NCBI GenBank assembly: GCA_013239625.1 | Contig: MU054001.1 | Coordinates: 6,001,078-6,065,077, forward strand | DNA length: 64,000 bases | Reading direction: 5' to 3' | Origin: Lama guanicoe | Lineage: Eukaryota | Shown: positions 1-12,680 of the stretch, piece after piece | Layout of the letters: every line of letters starts with the position of its first letter | Numbering within the stretch: position 1 is the stretch's first letter | The notes under the pieces: generated by a model | What the model was told of the DNA's origin: nothing | The model's input: the letters and a program-made list of their open reading frames with translations, nothing else | Databases searched by the model: none | Position numbers and translations under genes: made by a program

Positions 1-2189
1 GCAAAGGGACATCTGTGATGTTCTCTCCTGTCTTCCTCTCCCTCCTTTCTTTCCCTTTGTTTTTCCTTTTAAGAAATAGGGTCATACTTTACTTCCACAA
101 AGAAAAATTACTTTTAAAGATTTGGGAATAATACTCTCCAGAAAGACCAGTTATACACTTAATGATTACTTAGTCAGATTGCTTCTTTGGTTGTTTGAAA
201 AACTGATATATGCAAAGTACCTATGCTTTTTGATGCAGCTGATTCCATAAGGTCACTAGGAGGAATTAAAATGTAAAAAGATGGTTTGTTGATCTGGTGC
301 TTTTATCTGAATAAATATTATTTGCAGCTAGGAAGAACAATGAGCCTGATCATGAGTGGCACACAGTATTCACTCAACAAAATGCTCTTTAAGTGGCGGG
401 CTGGCTAGATGAGTAGAAGGATGAGTGGATGGATGGCTGACTAATTCGGTGTGAGAGATAATTGCTTGTTAGATTAAGGATAGCCTTGAGCAAAAGTTAT
501 AAATTATGAATTAAAAAATGAAGTTAAAACACATTCTCATTTACTTTTGGTCAAGAGCTGAATTTGATAAAGGCAGTATTTCTTGACTTAAAAAAATCAG
601 CAAAATGAGAGGCTGGACAAGACAATCTAGGTCTAATAGCAGCTGAGGCTGAGACTTACTGGTATGCAACTAGGGAGAAATAAACTGTTTCTTCTCTCTC
701 AGTGAAATGAGAGGAAAATGTACAAAGGAACACCAAAATCATTTAGGAACGTAGCGGAGTGATTACACAAGTTGCAGGGAGGACAGTAGTGCCCAGAGGT
801 GCTGCAAAGCCATCAGGAAAACCAAATTCACTGCACAAATATGGGTTTTATTCCAAAAGGGACAACAGAAGGAGACAGTCACTGGCAGCTGAGTTTGCTG
901 TCTACTCCATATATGATAATGGAACCAGTAATCCCAAAGGAAGCAAGAGTTGCATCTTCTCATGGACACTCAGTGAGAGGGGACTAGGAAGAGCCATTTT
1001 TGCCTGGCCAGTGTGATGTGATGCCTTTTCCTTAATGATCCCCTCCTACTCCCTCACGTTCCACTCTCTAGCTCAGGGCTACTGCCCTCTCCTCCCCATA
1101 TTTTTAGGGGAAAATGAAAACTGAGTATAAGGTATAAAACTTTCATACTATGTTTCCACTATTAGCCATTTCTGCCCCAGCCCATCAGGGAAAACAAAAT
1201 CTTTTCTCTCAACTCTAGAAGGCTTTCAGCAGGCATCTTGCCAGAAAGTATCTCTTGGTTTATGCAGCAAAGAATCTCCAGTACCATAGTTTGAAAAGCG
1301 TGGTGCTGTACGATTCCCTAAGCTCTGTAGATTTCTAGGAGCTGCTAAGCATCATCAAAAAGGGAATGCTAAGCCAGAGCATGCCTTGGAAATTAGTGGA
1401 AACAAGAGGGAAGTGGGTTTGCCTATTTCACACAACCATCTAAAGAGGGCACACTGAGGCTCTGAGTGAAGGAAAGAAAGGAGAGAGAAATGAAGTCCCC
1501 CTCCCTCCCGCCTCCCACCCCACACACAGGCTGGCAGTGATTGACTTTGGAAGTGCCATATACACATCTCTGCTTAAAGCACATGCTGTCAAACTTGTTT
1601 TTCTGTGCCTTGAAAAATTCCGTCAAATGCCATAAGCCATTCTGTCAAGAAAACTCTTGTTTTAAACTGCCAGATCCTTTGCCTTGCCTCTTTCTTCTTC
1701 AAAGCGTTAACCTTCTGCGTGGGCTGTTGGCCAAAGATGTTGGAGGAAATGGATGCTCTAGTCGGTTAGCGCTGTGATTGAGTGTGCTATTTGGTGATAC
1801 ACTAAGTCACCTGTCTCAAATTCCAGTGCCTGCAGGGGGCCAGGCAGGCCACATAAATGAGCAAAGCAGGCTTGATGGCAGCTTTGGTGAAGTGCACTGT
1901 CCTCATCCCACCTGAGAGCCTGGTCCTAGTGCCAGATGACTGTTGACCTGCAAGTCTGCTGTTGCCAGACCGGCTGATCAGTTCCATCCAATTCAGGAAC
2001 AACAGCAAAACTCAGAGAAACATAAAGGTTAAGATGCCTGTTCCTGAAGCTGTTCAGCTTGCAGTAATTATTCCAGTAGCCAAGCTGTGCTTTCTCCATC
2101 TTTTAGGGAATTGTTTTGTTTTTCCCTCCTATTCTGTGACTCTACAATGTGATTTACCAGAAGGTGCTTTATCTTCCCTTACACAATAA

Positions 2190-2620
2190 CTTCTCCAAGG
2201 AGGGCACCTAACCCAGCCTGAATGATCCTGGTGGATGAATGACCCACCCTACTGGCCACAGTGATTGGTCCAGGGCATGGGCATGTGACCCAAGTTGGCC
2301 AATCAGTATCCTTTCCTGTTTCTTCTCTCTTTATTTATTTATCTACTTATTACAATTGGAGCTTAGGGACAAGAAACTTCTTTTCATCGTGAATCTAGAA
2401 GAATGTCAGCTAAGAAATAATTGGTGGCCCTGACTCCAGCCTTGGGGAAGAAGCCAGCCTGAAGGAATGGAGTCCTGAGGGCAGTCAAATTGCCAGTCCC
2501 AGCTGTCTCAGAGAGCAGCTCCATTCCTGTTCAAAGATTGGTTTTATGAAGAAACAAAACCTCTTTTGCCTAGCTACTTTGAGTTGAGCTTCTGTCACTT
2601 GTAACTTGCAAGAAACCTGG
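2190..2620 (+). mobile_element. Old MaLR LTR (MLT1-type), degenerate
   Basis: MLT1-like motifs GTGATTGGTCCAGGGCATGGGCATGTGACCCAAGTTGGCCAATCAG and 3' end TTTGAGTTGAGCTTCTGTCACTTGTAAC; boundaries approximate. Confidence 0.65.
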
Positions 2621-2629
2621 CATATATGT

Positions 2630-2830
2630 GACCTCTGGGGCTAGACTACTTGGTTTCAGTCTGCATCTGACACTTGTTAGCTGTGTGATCTTGAGAAAGT
2701 TTATAAAGCTCTTTGCCTCAGTTTCCCCATCTGTAAAATAGGAGCACAGGGTTGTGGGAAGGATTAAAATGATCAATAGATATAAAGCATCCAGAACATG
2801 TGTTGTCATCAAGATGTGATTAAGTGGCAA
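2630..2830 (+). mobile_element. MIR SINE
   Basis: MIR core TTAGCTGTGTGATCTTGAGAAAGTT...CCTCAGTTTCCCCATCTGTAAAATAGG. Confidence 0.8.
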
Positions 2831-3654
2831 AAAATGGTTGAAAATCCCAGAGGGAGGGACCCAATCTGTCTGCAGTCAGACCCAAGCTGTCTCTACATCT
2901 TCTCTAAGAAAAATTTGAAAGCAGAAAGGTGACTCTTCTTTTATCAGGTTCTCACTCTTTGGAGAATAATAACAACACAAGAAAAATGCTTCTCTTTCCT
3001 TTTCACAAAGAGAAGGAAAAAACAACTTTATAAAATCAAATTCATGTTGCATCAAGAAATGAGAAGACACACTAGACAGGAACTCTAGAACAAGGTGGAA
3101 TTCATTAATATTCCAAGAGGGGTGGCAGGTTGAAGAGATAGTACAGTCATTAGAAGACATTTAAACACCCACCACAGAGAGAAGTTACTAATGGGTGAGT
3201 GTAAGTATAATTTAATGCTTGCATTTATGAGAAAATCCAGGAAATGACAGGCCTGTAATTTTGACTTCAGTAGAGGAGGTAATGGAAGTGCCGTTCAGGC
3301 TTAGAGCAGCAGAGTGCTATGAAAGTTATTATTTGATTAGGAACTGTAAGCGCAGATTCAAACAAGGAAAGCACTCTCGTTTTGCAGGCAGTCGATTCAC
3401 TGGCATCCTGAAGGAATGAACAGACAGCAGAGAAGGGATCTATCAACTTCTCCAAGAGGGCCTATCTGAAATGCAGCCCAGAGTCAGAATCCAGGGCCAT
3501 GGGTCCGAGAAACCTTTCCTGCGAGCTGCCTTTACCTTTGACAGCCCTTGGCGCCGGTCTCAGCAGAAACTCATCTGGAAGCATATGAAGGAGAAGAACA
3601 AAGTTGAGCAGTAATTTTCATGTTTTAGGCATCAAGAAAGGAATTGATTAAACA

Positions 3655-3873
3655 TTTTTGGTGGGGGGAGAGGGAGAAAATTAGGTTTATTTATTTATTT
3701 AAAATTTTTTTATTCATTCCTTTTTTTGTTTCTTTCTTATTCTTCTTCTTCTTTTTTTTTTTTTTTTTTTGATATTTATTTATTTATTTATTTTTGGAGG
3801 AGGTACTGGGGTTTGAACCCAGGACCTCATGCATGCTAAACATGCACTCTACCACTTGAGCTATACCTTCCCC
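3655..3873 (-). mobile_element. Camelid vic-1-type tRNA-Ala-derived SINE with long A-rich tail
   Basis: Reverse complement reads GGGGAAGGTATAGCTCAAGTGGTAGAGTGCATGTTTAGCATGCATGAGGTCCTGGGTTCAAACCCCAGTACCTCC (A box, B box), followed by an (AAAT)n/poly-A tail. Confidence 0.9.
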
Positions 3874-3876
3874 ACT

Positions 3877-3970
3877 ATTAGATTTATTTGTTTATTGGAG
3901 GTACTGGGGCTTGAACCAAGGACCTCGCACATGCTAAGCACCACTTTACCACTGAGCTATCCCGTCCCCC
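3877..3970 (-). mobile_element. Second vic-1-type SINE head, adjacent to or interrupted by the first
   Basis: Reverse complement reads GGGGACGGGATAGCTCAGTGGTAAAGTGGTGCTTAGCATGTGCGAGGTCCTTGGTTCAAGCCCCAGTACCTCC. Confidence 0.88.
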
Positions 3971-4743
3971 ATGAAAGGGCTGCAGTTTTGATTGGGGAAT
4001 CAGCTTTGTGAAAGTCTAATGATAAAACATCAGGTTGAGGCTACAGGGTCAGGGCATGGGGCTGTCTTTTCTTGGAGACTTTCAGGAAGGCGTGTGGCAG
4101 CTATCTGAAGACAATGCCAGAAGAGTGAGTGAGGCGGGTCCATTTAGGGTGATTTTATGGCTGTTATGCTCACCTCCAGTGCCTCCACAACACAACATAT
4201 CATGGTGAGTTATACTGACATTGACAGACTGTCATGGAAAGGTCCAGCATTAAATCTCCTTTAAAGACAAATGAAGATTTCATGCAGAGTTCATAACGCC
4301 TGGGGAGCCCTCTCTGTTAAAATGATGGGAGAAGGCAGGTTAGAAGACGAGGGAAGCTAATGGCTCTGCTTGGCATCACTCTTCTTCCAAGGGTAGATAG
4401 CGGCCTTAAAACTACGGAAGATCAGAAAAAGAATGGCTGATCAGTCCCAACATTTATGTCATTCTCTCTTATTTGAAAAGATTGGAAAAAGAAAGTAAAT
4501 CAGACACTGACTTGAAGACTCCGTGGAGAGTGCACTCCAAGGTCAGTCTAATAATTGGCTCCAAGACAACTTGATCTGGTCACAAACCCCGGGAACCCAT
4601 GACCAAAATCTATTTCTAGATTGTCTCAAGGGACACAGTCTCAATTCAGGGAGCACTGAGTCTCTTCTTAATATCTGAAAGCTCATACTTTGTCAATGTG
4701 ATCCCCAGGTTACACCCTCAGGGGTGGCCAAGTGCAGAGAAGT

Positions 4744-4775
4744 AGGTCATTTGAGCCAAGGTCATTTGAGCCAAG
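4744..4775 (+). repeat. Perfect 15-bp tandem duplication (AGGTCATTTGAGCCA x2)
   Basis: Read directly: 4744-4758 is identical to 4759-4773. Confidence 0.95.
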
Positions 4776-7289
4776 TGACCACAGATTCTTGTCCCAACTC
4801 CAGCTTTCATTCAGGTGACCTTAATATTGACCAAGTTGGTGGCCAAGTCACCTTTTCCTGCCTAATCCAGTTACCTTTACTATAAATTTGAGAGAATGAA
4901 GAGTGGTTGGCTTCTAACATCCCCTTCAGCATTAACATTCTATAAAATAAGTTCTTTCTATGATAGAAAGAGAAGCTGCAGTATGAATTATTTGCAAATA
5001 TGTTTCGGGAGAGGCAAATTTAATAATGAACGAGATGCTGACTGAGAAGGCCAGCCAGAGCAGGACCAGCCTCAGAGTTGCTAGAAACCAGAAAGGAGAG
5101 CTAGAACATGTTTTAGGGGACATGGTAGCAGAGAGAAGTGAGGATCTGTGAAAAGCAACGTGACAAAGAGGAATTAAAGAAAACTGGGAGAGGAGTCAGT
5201 GTGGAGAGCATGCAGCTTCTACACCAAGCTCTGCTCTGAGGTTCAGTCTTCAAAGTCAGCTTTTAGATTCACCTCCTTGGAGCTTTCCCAGGTTGGTAAG
5301 TCCTCTCCCGACAGGTCATGCCTCTCTCATAAACCATCTGTGGTTCTTCACAGCCTAGAAAGTAGAGTTTAAAATTCACATCCCATCTCCAAAATTTTTT
5401 TCCCACCTACCTTTCCAGACCACCATCTAACTTGTCTCTAGCGAGGGCTAAATGCTTTCCAGAATATTCCTGAACATTCTTTCACTGTTCCCTGAAGGGA
5501 AAGCCCTTCAGCCCCCTCTCTGCTGGTAGAAATACCCTCTTCTTTCAAGATTTATGACATCATTCCTGACCCCAGGAGTATTTTATCCATCAGGCCCTAA
5601 AGGATTTTCATGTGTCTGTGACAATATTTGAGACCCGCAGTGGGGGTTCATGTCAGAAAGAAATAACAGGTTCAAGATACGAAAGCTGAAGAATCAAAAT
5701 GATATTTAAAAACAAATTTTGACAGCAAAATATTATATTTAATATGGGAACTGAGTGCATTTTAATATGACTGCCATGTCTTGGTTGGGGTCTTCAAAGG
5801 AAAGAGTGCTTGGATCTCCTAGATGTCTCACAGGGAGGACTCCTGAAACCCACACTCGGAGTGTGTTTCTCCTCCTCCTCCTCTTCACACCCAGCACAGG
5901 GTCCTGCAGAGCGCTGGGGTTTAATATGTATTTGCTGAGCAAATAAGTGATCACAAGGCTTGGGACTTGATGTCACTGTGAAAATCAGACTTTGGGTTGC
6001 ACAAAATAAACTTTATCCATTTGCTAATAATGTGACACTATTTCCCCTCTTCCAGCTGGTCGAGGGAGGGAATCTAAGAATCAGCTATGCAGAGAATAAT
6101 GGGATCATTTTACTGAAAGTGATCACAGCAGTAGCAAATTATATCTGCATGGTAGATCTCTGGTATTGCTGAATTTATTTTTGGTCAAATTTGCCAGCAA
6201 ATTATTGTCTTAACTCCAAAATGATGTATCCAAGTATTTGTTAATGCAAGAGTGTCAGATGCAATGGAAATTCGTAATGATGAAACATCAACTGAAAGCA
6301 AGATGAATGCCTACTATCTCGTGCTTTTATTTTTCCTTTATCAAATAAAGTTAGTGTTCTCCCATAAATTGATTTAAAAAATACCCTTTACAAGATAAGA
6401 AATTCAGACAAAAGGGATGCCAGAGAACCCTAAGCATTGCTGATCAGAGATTTAAAACCATCATTACAGAAAAAGGAAATCTTTTTTTCAAAATTTCAAA
6501 TTTGCTTCAGAGATCCAAGCTACAAAAGTCAGGTTTGAGAAATGTGTTCAAAAGTCTGTCATCCCATGGGCTCAGCTGTGGAATTTAAGGTCATATTGTC
6601 AGTGACGGTTTGACCTGACCCACATGTACACTGCAGTACTGGCATGGCTGGCCTGTGTCAATACAGAGAGCATGTCATCTTTACAAGCAGACTCTAAGCT
6701 TCTTGAGGGTAGGGACTGTCTCTTTCCACTCAGTCTGTCTTTACTCCCTCGCACAACTGGTGCCTACATATTTATGACGACTTGGCTAATAAACACACAC
6801 GACCCATCTGCCATTAAAAAAACACCAAACCTGCATGCAATGCTCTTAGAAAAGTAGCAAGCTATAAAATCTGGGAAGGCGGTGGAAAAGTGAGTAGATT
6901 TATAAAGTAGCCTTTGTCTTTAGTAATTCATGCAGGCAGAAAACTACAGTTGGAGGGCAGTGCTCACTCCCAGTGCTCTGGGTAAGTTTCTCTGTTATTT
7001 CAGTGGAAATGTTATCACCTTGGTAATGGAAAGTGGGATTTATATATTGGCCGATTACATCAAATCAGATATAGCTGTTCAGTTTCAGAGATGGGATTTG
7101 ACCTGTGGGATATTCACATCAAAGAAATGATGAGCCAGCATGTAACGGAAATCTGTTACATTATTTCACAAATCAAGAATATATCCAGCATTATCCTTGA
7201 AGCACAATGCATTTCTATTTCTTGACCAAATAGTCATTGAAATCAATATTTGTTGAAGCCCAGATTGATGAAGGGACACAGTAGTTTAG

Positions 7290-7632
7290 ATTATTCTTAA
7301 AAAATATTTTCACCCACCCACCTCAACAGAGCTCCATGGGAGGAGTGAATAGCCCTGTCTCTCAGCTTTGAGCTGGGCCACGTGACTTGCCTTGGCCCAT
7401 GAGACATTAGCAGATGGGATGACTTAGCAGAGGCTTGAAGTCTGTTTGCATGATTGGTATTACCCACTTGTCTTCTGCTGTTGACATGAGAAGAACTTGC
7501 CCTGGGTGGTCAATGGCCCTTTGGTCTGGGCCCTGACCTGAGATCTGTGAAGCAGAAGGGCCCCGGAGATCTGCACACGTCTCAGTGAGTGTCCGTTTAG
7601 AGGAATTCTGTGATGCAGCAATAACTGACTGT
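7290..7632 (+). mobile_element. Old MaLR LTR (MLT1-type)
   Basis: CTTTGAGCTGGGCCACGTGACTTGCCTTGGCCCATGAGACATTAGCAGATG...GCAGCAATAACTGACT; approximate limits. Confidence 0.65.
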
Positions 7633-8049
7633 GCAGGTGTTCTACACATTCAAGGTCAAACAGCCTGTGGCTGATGGTTTATGTGTGTGTACCAGGAAGT
7701 GTGAAAATTCACAGCATCTCAGCTCTCCATCTCACAGAGGGAGGAGGGGCACAGGGAAGTGGGCAATATTGCCCTCAAGGACTCAGAACGCCAGTGGTTG
7801 GATAGAGAAAGGAGTAGCTATGGGTGTTGATTCTAGAATTCTAGAGCTGGGCTCCTGTCCCGTAGCTGTGCTCTGAAGGAGAGGCCACCTATACTGTTTT
7901 GAATTCTAGTATCAAAGAGCTACAGGAACTAACCAATGAATTACAGACTCTGTCTCCTTCCCCAACTCTTTTTCCCTCTTTCCTTCTCTTTCAATTTAGG
8001 GGTGGAGGCAGTGGGATACAGTTGACAGTACACCAGAAAAAGAGTCAAG

Positions 8050-8250
8050 AAAGCTACACTCCAGGGCTGGATCTGCCACTGGCTCTCTGAGGCTTTGGCT
8101 AAGTGACTTCACCTCTTGCAGCTTTTCCTCATCAGTAAAGCAGAGCTGGTAACACTACCTGCCTCACAGAGGCACTGTGAAGGGATTTATGAAATAACAA
8201 TTCTAAAGTGCTCCCAACAGCGTGTGGCTCAAGCAGTGGCTCTGGGGAGA
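8050..8250 (+). mobile_element. MIR SINE
   Basis: GGCTAAGTGACTTCACCTC...TTTTCCTCATCAGTAAAGCAG...CTACCTGCCTCACAGAGG core. Confidence 0.65.
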
Positions 8251-8838
8251 GGCAGATATCTCTTCCTTTTACAACCTCCTGCGGCAGAAAAGGTTACACA
8301 TTTCCCACTTCGGCCAGGTGAAAATGTGCAGAGCCAGCACACACTAGCTTCTTCCTGTCAAGAAAATTGGCATTTAACAACCTCCCTGTGGTTGAACAGA
8401 GCAGGTCATCAGGTCCTGCTCTCCTCCTGTAAGCATCCTGCGCTCTCTGGAACCCTTCAGGGAGTGATTCTTAGTGGAGAGGTAACACCACATGTTCTCC
8501 ATCAGATCTTCTGACTTTGCTTCCTGTTTCACACGTCAGGCTCCACTGGGTTTTGCCCTTGGAGCTCAAGTCAGGTTTGAGCCTCCTTAATCACCTTTGC
8601 TGTAGGAAACACTCGGTCTATATAAGATTTGCACACCCTCACTACCTGCAAGGCAGACAGAAGGGCCCCCGCCTCACCCTCCAGAAGCTCGTGATCTTTT
8701 TGGGGAACAGACCTCTAGTGGGAAGTGTGCCTGTATCCGACAGGCATTTATTGAGCCCCTACTATGTGCCTCACTCTGTGCAAGCCCTGGAAATGCTGCG
8801 GCAAATGAAATACTGCTTGTGGAGACATTAGCTTAGAG

Positions 8839-9141
8839 AAGTTCTGTCCAAAGAAACATAATGTGAGCCATGCAGGTAACTTCAAACTTCCTGGTAGCTA
8901 GATTTAAAAAATAACAATGGACTGTGAAATTAATTTTAATAATGTATTTATTTTATTTAACCCAATATACCCTAAATCTTATCATTTCAACCTGTCATTG
9001 AGATTTTTACATTCTTTTATTCACACTAACTCTTGCAAATCTGGTGTGTACTCTACACTTAGCACATCTCAGTTTGGATGCTCACAGTTCAAGTGCTAGG
9101 TAGCTATGTGGGGCTAGTGGCTCCTACCAAGGACAGCACAA
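8839..9141. mobile_element. hAT-Charlie MITE (MER33-like)
   Basis: Terminal inverted repeats (GTTCTGTCCA ... AGGACAGCAC), MER33-like AT-rich body, degenerate 8-bp target duplication GCTTAGAG/GTCTACAG. Confidence 0.75.
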
Positions 9142-9479
9142 GTCTACAGAAATCAGAGAGCAGTGGGAGGTGATGGGCACATGTCTTTGAAGAGGAATGA
9201 TGAGGACAGGAAGGTCATGGACATCAGAGATCCCCCAGGAGGAGGCAGGTAGAGCTGGGCCTCAGGGATGGGAGGATGAGAGAGATGGCAGAGGCACCAG
9301 CAGCAGAAGTCAGCCCAGCCGTGTGGATGGGGGAATATGGGAAGAGAGGGTAGTCAGAGGTGCTGGAGGAATTGTGACTCTGGAGCCACACAAATCATGC
9401 CAGCCACAGAAGCATTCTGAAGGGAGTAAACCCAGTTGGGAATACTATAGGCCCAAATATACGGTTTGGCCTTTGAATG

Positions 9480-10510
9480 TGGATTCACTTTTTGTTCATG
9501 GACAAGTATTTATTGAACACCTACTGTGTGCCAGGGACTGTGAATACAGTGGTGAATAAGATGGTCCTTTCTGCATGGAAATCACATTATATTGGTGTGG
9601 AGGTAGACAGTAAACAAACAAACAAACGAATGAATAAATAAATAAAATTGTAAATTAAAAAATAAATAAAATAGACAATAAACAAGTAAATGAAGAAGAC
9701 AGTTTCAGACGATGATAAATGCATGATGGGGTGGGGAAGTAACGAGGTGAAATGATTGGCAGAGTTCAGGTGGGTGGTGAGCAGGACATTCTCCATTGTC
9801 CTGTGCAGACCCATTCTCCACTCTGCCCCGTGTGCCAGGAGGCTGACCTCGAAGTGGAGCAGTGGGCACACCCTCTGGCTTCCTGTTGTTTCTGGACAAT
9901 GGAGAACACCAACAGGACACTGAAGAGTGGGAGGTTAATACACCCAGGGCCCACCCCTGTCCCAGCTGGGACCATGGCTTGGGCAGTGGTTGAGTTCCTG
10001 TATCTCTGGCCCCAGCTCTTGCCAAGCACTGTTAACACCATTTCCTCCTCTTGGCCCTCTGAGCTGGGGATTGGTAATGGCTAGTCCCCAGGGCTTCCTC
10101 TTCCTGCTTGGTTCCCACAAGCCCATCTGTACCTCTGTAAAATGCGTCTTCATCAAATTTTCTTCAGCCACCCCTCCAAGTGGTCCCGCCACTTCATATG
10201 TGGTCAGAGAGCACTCTTTGAGCTTCGGCTTGAAGGACAAGGATTCAGCCAAGGTGACATCTGGGCAAGGATGCTCCAGGCAGAGGGGACCCAGGAGCAA
10301 AAGGCTTACAGAGAACAAACTGGGTATGTCACAAGAACAAGAAAAAAGCCAGAGGGAGCTGACATCAGCAAGAGACAATGAGTGGGGAAAAGGTCAGATC
10401 ACACAGGGGCTCCTGTGCTGGCAGAGAATCCTGATTTATTCTAAGTCCAGTGGGAACCATTGGAGGGTCTAGAGCTGAAGACTAACATGTCTAATTGATA
10501 CTTTTAAAAT
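9480..10510 (-). mobile_element. Fragmented L2 LINE 3' region (interrupted by other sequence)
   Basis: TATTTATTGAACACCTACTGTGTGCCAGG...GGTGAATAAGA and GGATGCTCCAGGCAGAGGG...CATTGGAGGGT, typical antisense L2 3' motifs. Confidence 0.6.
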
Positions 10511-11031
10511 ACACGGCCTGTGCCAAAAAGAAGAAACCAAACAGCAAAGCCAAACCAAAACCAAACCCCAAAAGGATGGGGACATATTAAGTCACAGAAG
10601 CCCACTTGGAAGAGCTCCCAATCGATGAACTAAAACATTTTCAGGGACATAATAAATAATAATGGTGTTAAATTTGAACCCAAAGAGGAAAATACATATT
10701 CATGAGTCCATACTGATGTAAATAAATGATGGCATAAATAAATAAATGGAGGGGAAAAGCTAACTCTTCCTTACAAAAGAATCCCAAAGAATAAATGGAG
10801 AAGGAATGCAGGAAATAGAAAATCACCATTAGAGCACCACAATAATCATCGCTACAAGCAAAATCTATTGGTGAATGCTAAAATTAGTGAGGAAAATTTA
10901 AGGTGAAATGAGGTATTTGCACAGCCCCGAAGTATCTCCCTTCAAATATTAACTACTGTGGTGGTCTTCCTCCAGGAGGGCAAGCTTATCTCCCATCCTC
11001 TTGAGTGTAGCCTGTATTCTGTGACTTACTT

Positions 11032-12244
11032 TTTTTTTTTTTTAATTTCAGTATAGTCAGTTACAATGTGTCAATTTCTGGTGTACAGCATCATGTCCCA
11101 GTCATGCATATATATACATATATTCATTTTCATATTCTTTTTTATTAAAGGTTATTATAAGATATTGAATATAGTTCCCTGCACTGTTACAGCAGAGTGT
11201 TACAGCAATCAGGATCCTGGTGAGAAACCAAGGGGCACTTGGAGGGTTGGAGTACTCAGGTTTATTACGCCGGTAGGACCAGAGGAGTTAACACTCCAAG
11301 CTCTGGACCCCGTTTGTAGGTTTACACAGGTTTTTATAGGTTACTAGTCAAGCTTTTGCAAGATGAGGTGTTAGAAATGGACCAATCAGGAGTGAGTTTT
11401 GGGAACCAATAGAATCATAGGGGTAAGTTCTGTTCTCCTAGACGTTTTACAAAAGCACAAAAGCAAAATAATGTCACCAGGCCAGGGAACTGGATGGCAC
11501 CAGGAAGAATGCAGTGGCCCTGCCTGGGGGTCCTGCCAGTCTTTTCATGGGGCTTCCCACCTCAGCACTATACAGAAGAAATTTATCTGTTTTCATATAT
11601 AGTGGTTAACATCTGCAAATTTCAAACATCCAAATTTATCCCTTCCCACCCTCTTTCTCTCGGTAACCATGATTGTTTACTATATTCTGTGAGTCTGTTT
11701 CTGTTTTGCAGATGAGTTCATTAGTGTCCTCTTTTTTCTTTTTCTTTTTCTTTTTTTTAGGATTTCACATATGAATGATATCAGATGGTATTTTTCTTTG
11801 TCTTTCTGACTTACTTCACTTAGAATGACAATCTCCAGGCCCATTCATCTTGCTGCAAATGGCATTATTTTATTTTTTTATTGATGAGTAGTATTCCATT
11901 GTATAAATATACCACAACTCACACCAGTCAGGATGGCCATCATTAAAATGTCCACAAATGATAAATGCTGGAGAGGGTGTGGAGAAAAGGGAACCCTCCT
12001 ACACTGTTCATAGGAATGCAGTTTGGTGCAGCCATTATGGAAAACAGTATGGAGATTCCTTAAAAAACTAAAAATAGACTTACCATATAATCCAGCAACC
12101 CCACTCCTGGGCGTATATCCAGAGGAAACTAATTCGAAAAGATACATGTACCCAATATTCATAGCAGCACAATTTACAATAGCCAAGACATGGAAAGAAC
12201 CTAAATTAATGTCCATCAAGAGATGACTGGATAAAGAAGTTGTG
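11032..12244 (-). mobile_element. Young 5'-truncated L1 with 5' inversion (twin priming); 3' part on - strand 11032-11919, inverted part on + strand 11918-12244
   Basis: Poly-T at 11030-11043; L1 3' UTR on - strand; + strand ORF2 C-terminus ([31 protein letters not shown]); TSD TGTGACTTACTT (11020-11031) / TGTGACTCACTT (12241-12252). Confidence 0.9.
11185..11564 (-). mobile_element. Solo LTR, ERV1/gammaretrovirus-like, 380 bp, inserted in the young L1
   Basis: TG...CA termini, perfect 4-bp TSD GCAC (11181-11184, 11565-11568), L1 sequence resumes exactly; on - strand TATAAAAA (11331-11338), AATAAA (11261-11266), CCAAT motifs at 11382 and 11406. Confidence 0.88.
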
Positions 12245-12680
12245 ACTCACTTCTAATACACAGAGTATGGAAAGGTGTAAACAGTAACTTTAGGGTGGAG
12301 AAACACAATTGACATGACTTTAACCAAGTGATGAAAGTTAGCATCACCAGCAAGGTTGGTCTCACCTACCCTCTGAAATGATGAGATTAGAAGGGCTCCT
12401 TGTCTTTGTGGTGCACTCCCTCAAATCTGTGACCTCAATACAGCACAAGAAATCATCAGCCAAATTCAAACAGCCTGCAAAATAACTGGCCCGTACACTT
12501 CAAAAATGACACGGTCATGTAGGACAAGAAAAGGCTGAGGAACTGTCACAGATTACAGAGAAGATGGAGGAGACATGGTGAGTATACGCCATGGGATGGT
12601 TCTGGACTGGACTCTGGAACAGAGAAAGGAAGTCTGTAGTTTAGTTAATAGCATTACATCAATGTTAATTGATTAGTTTT

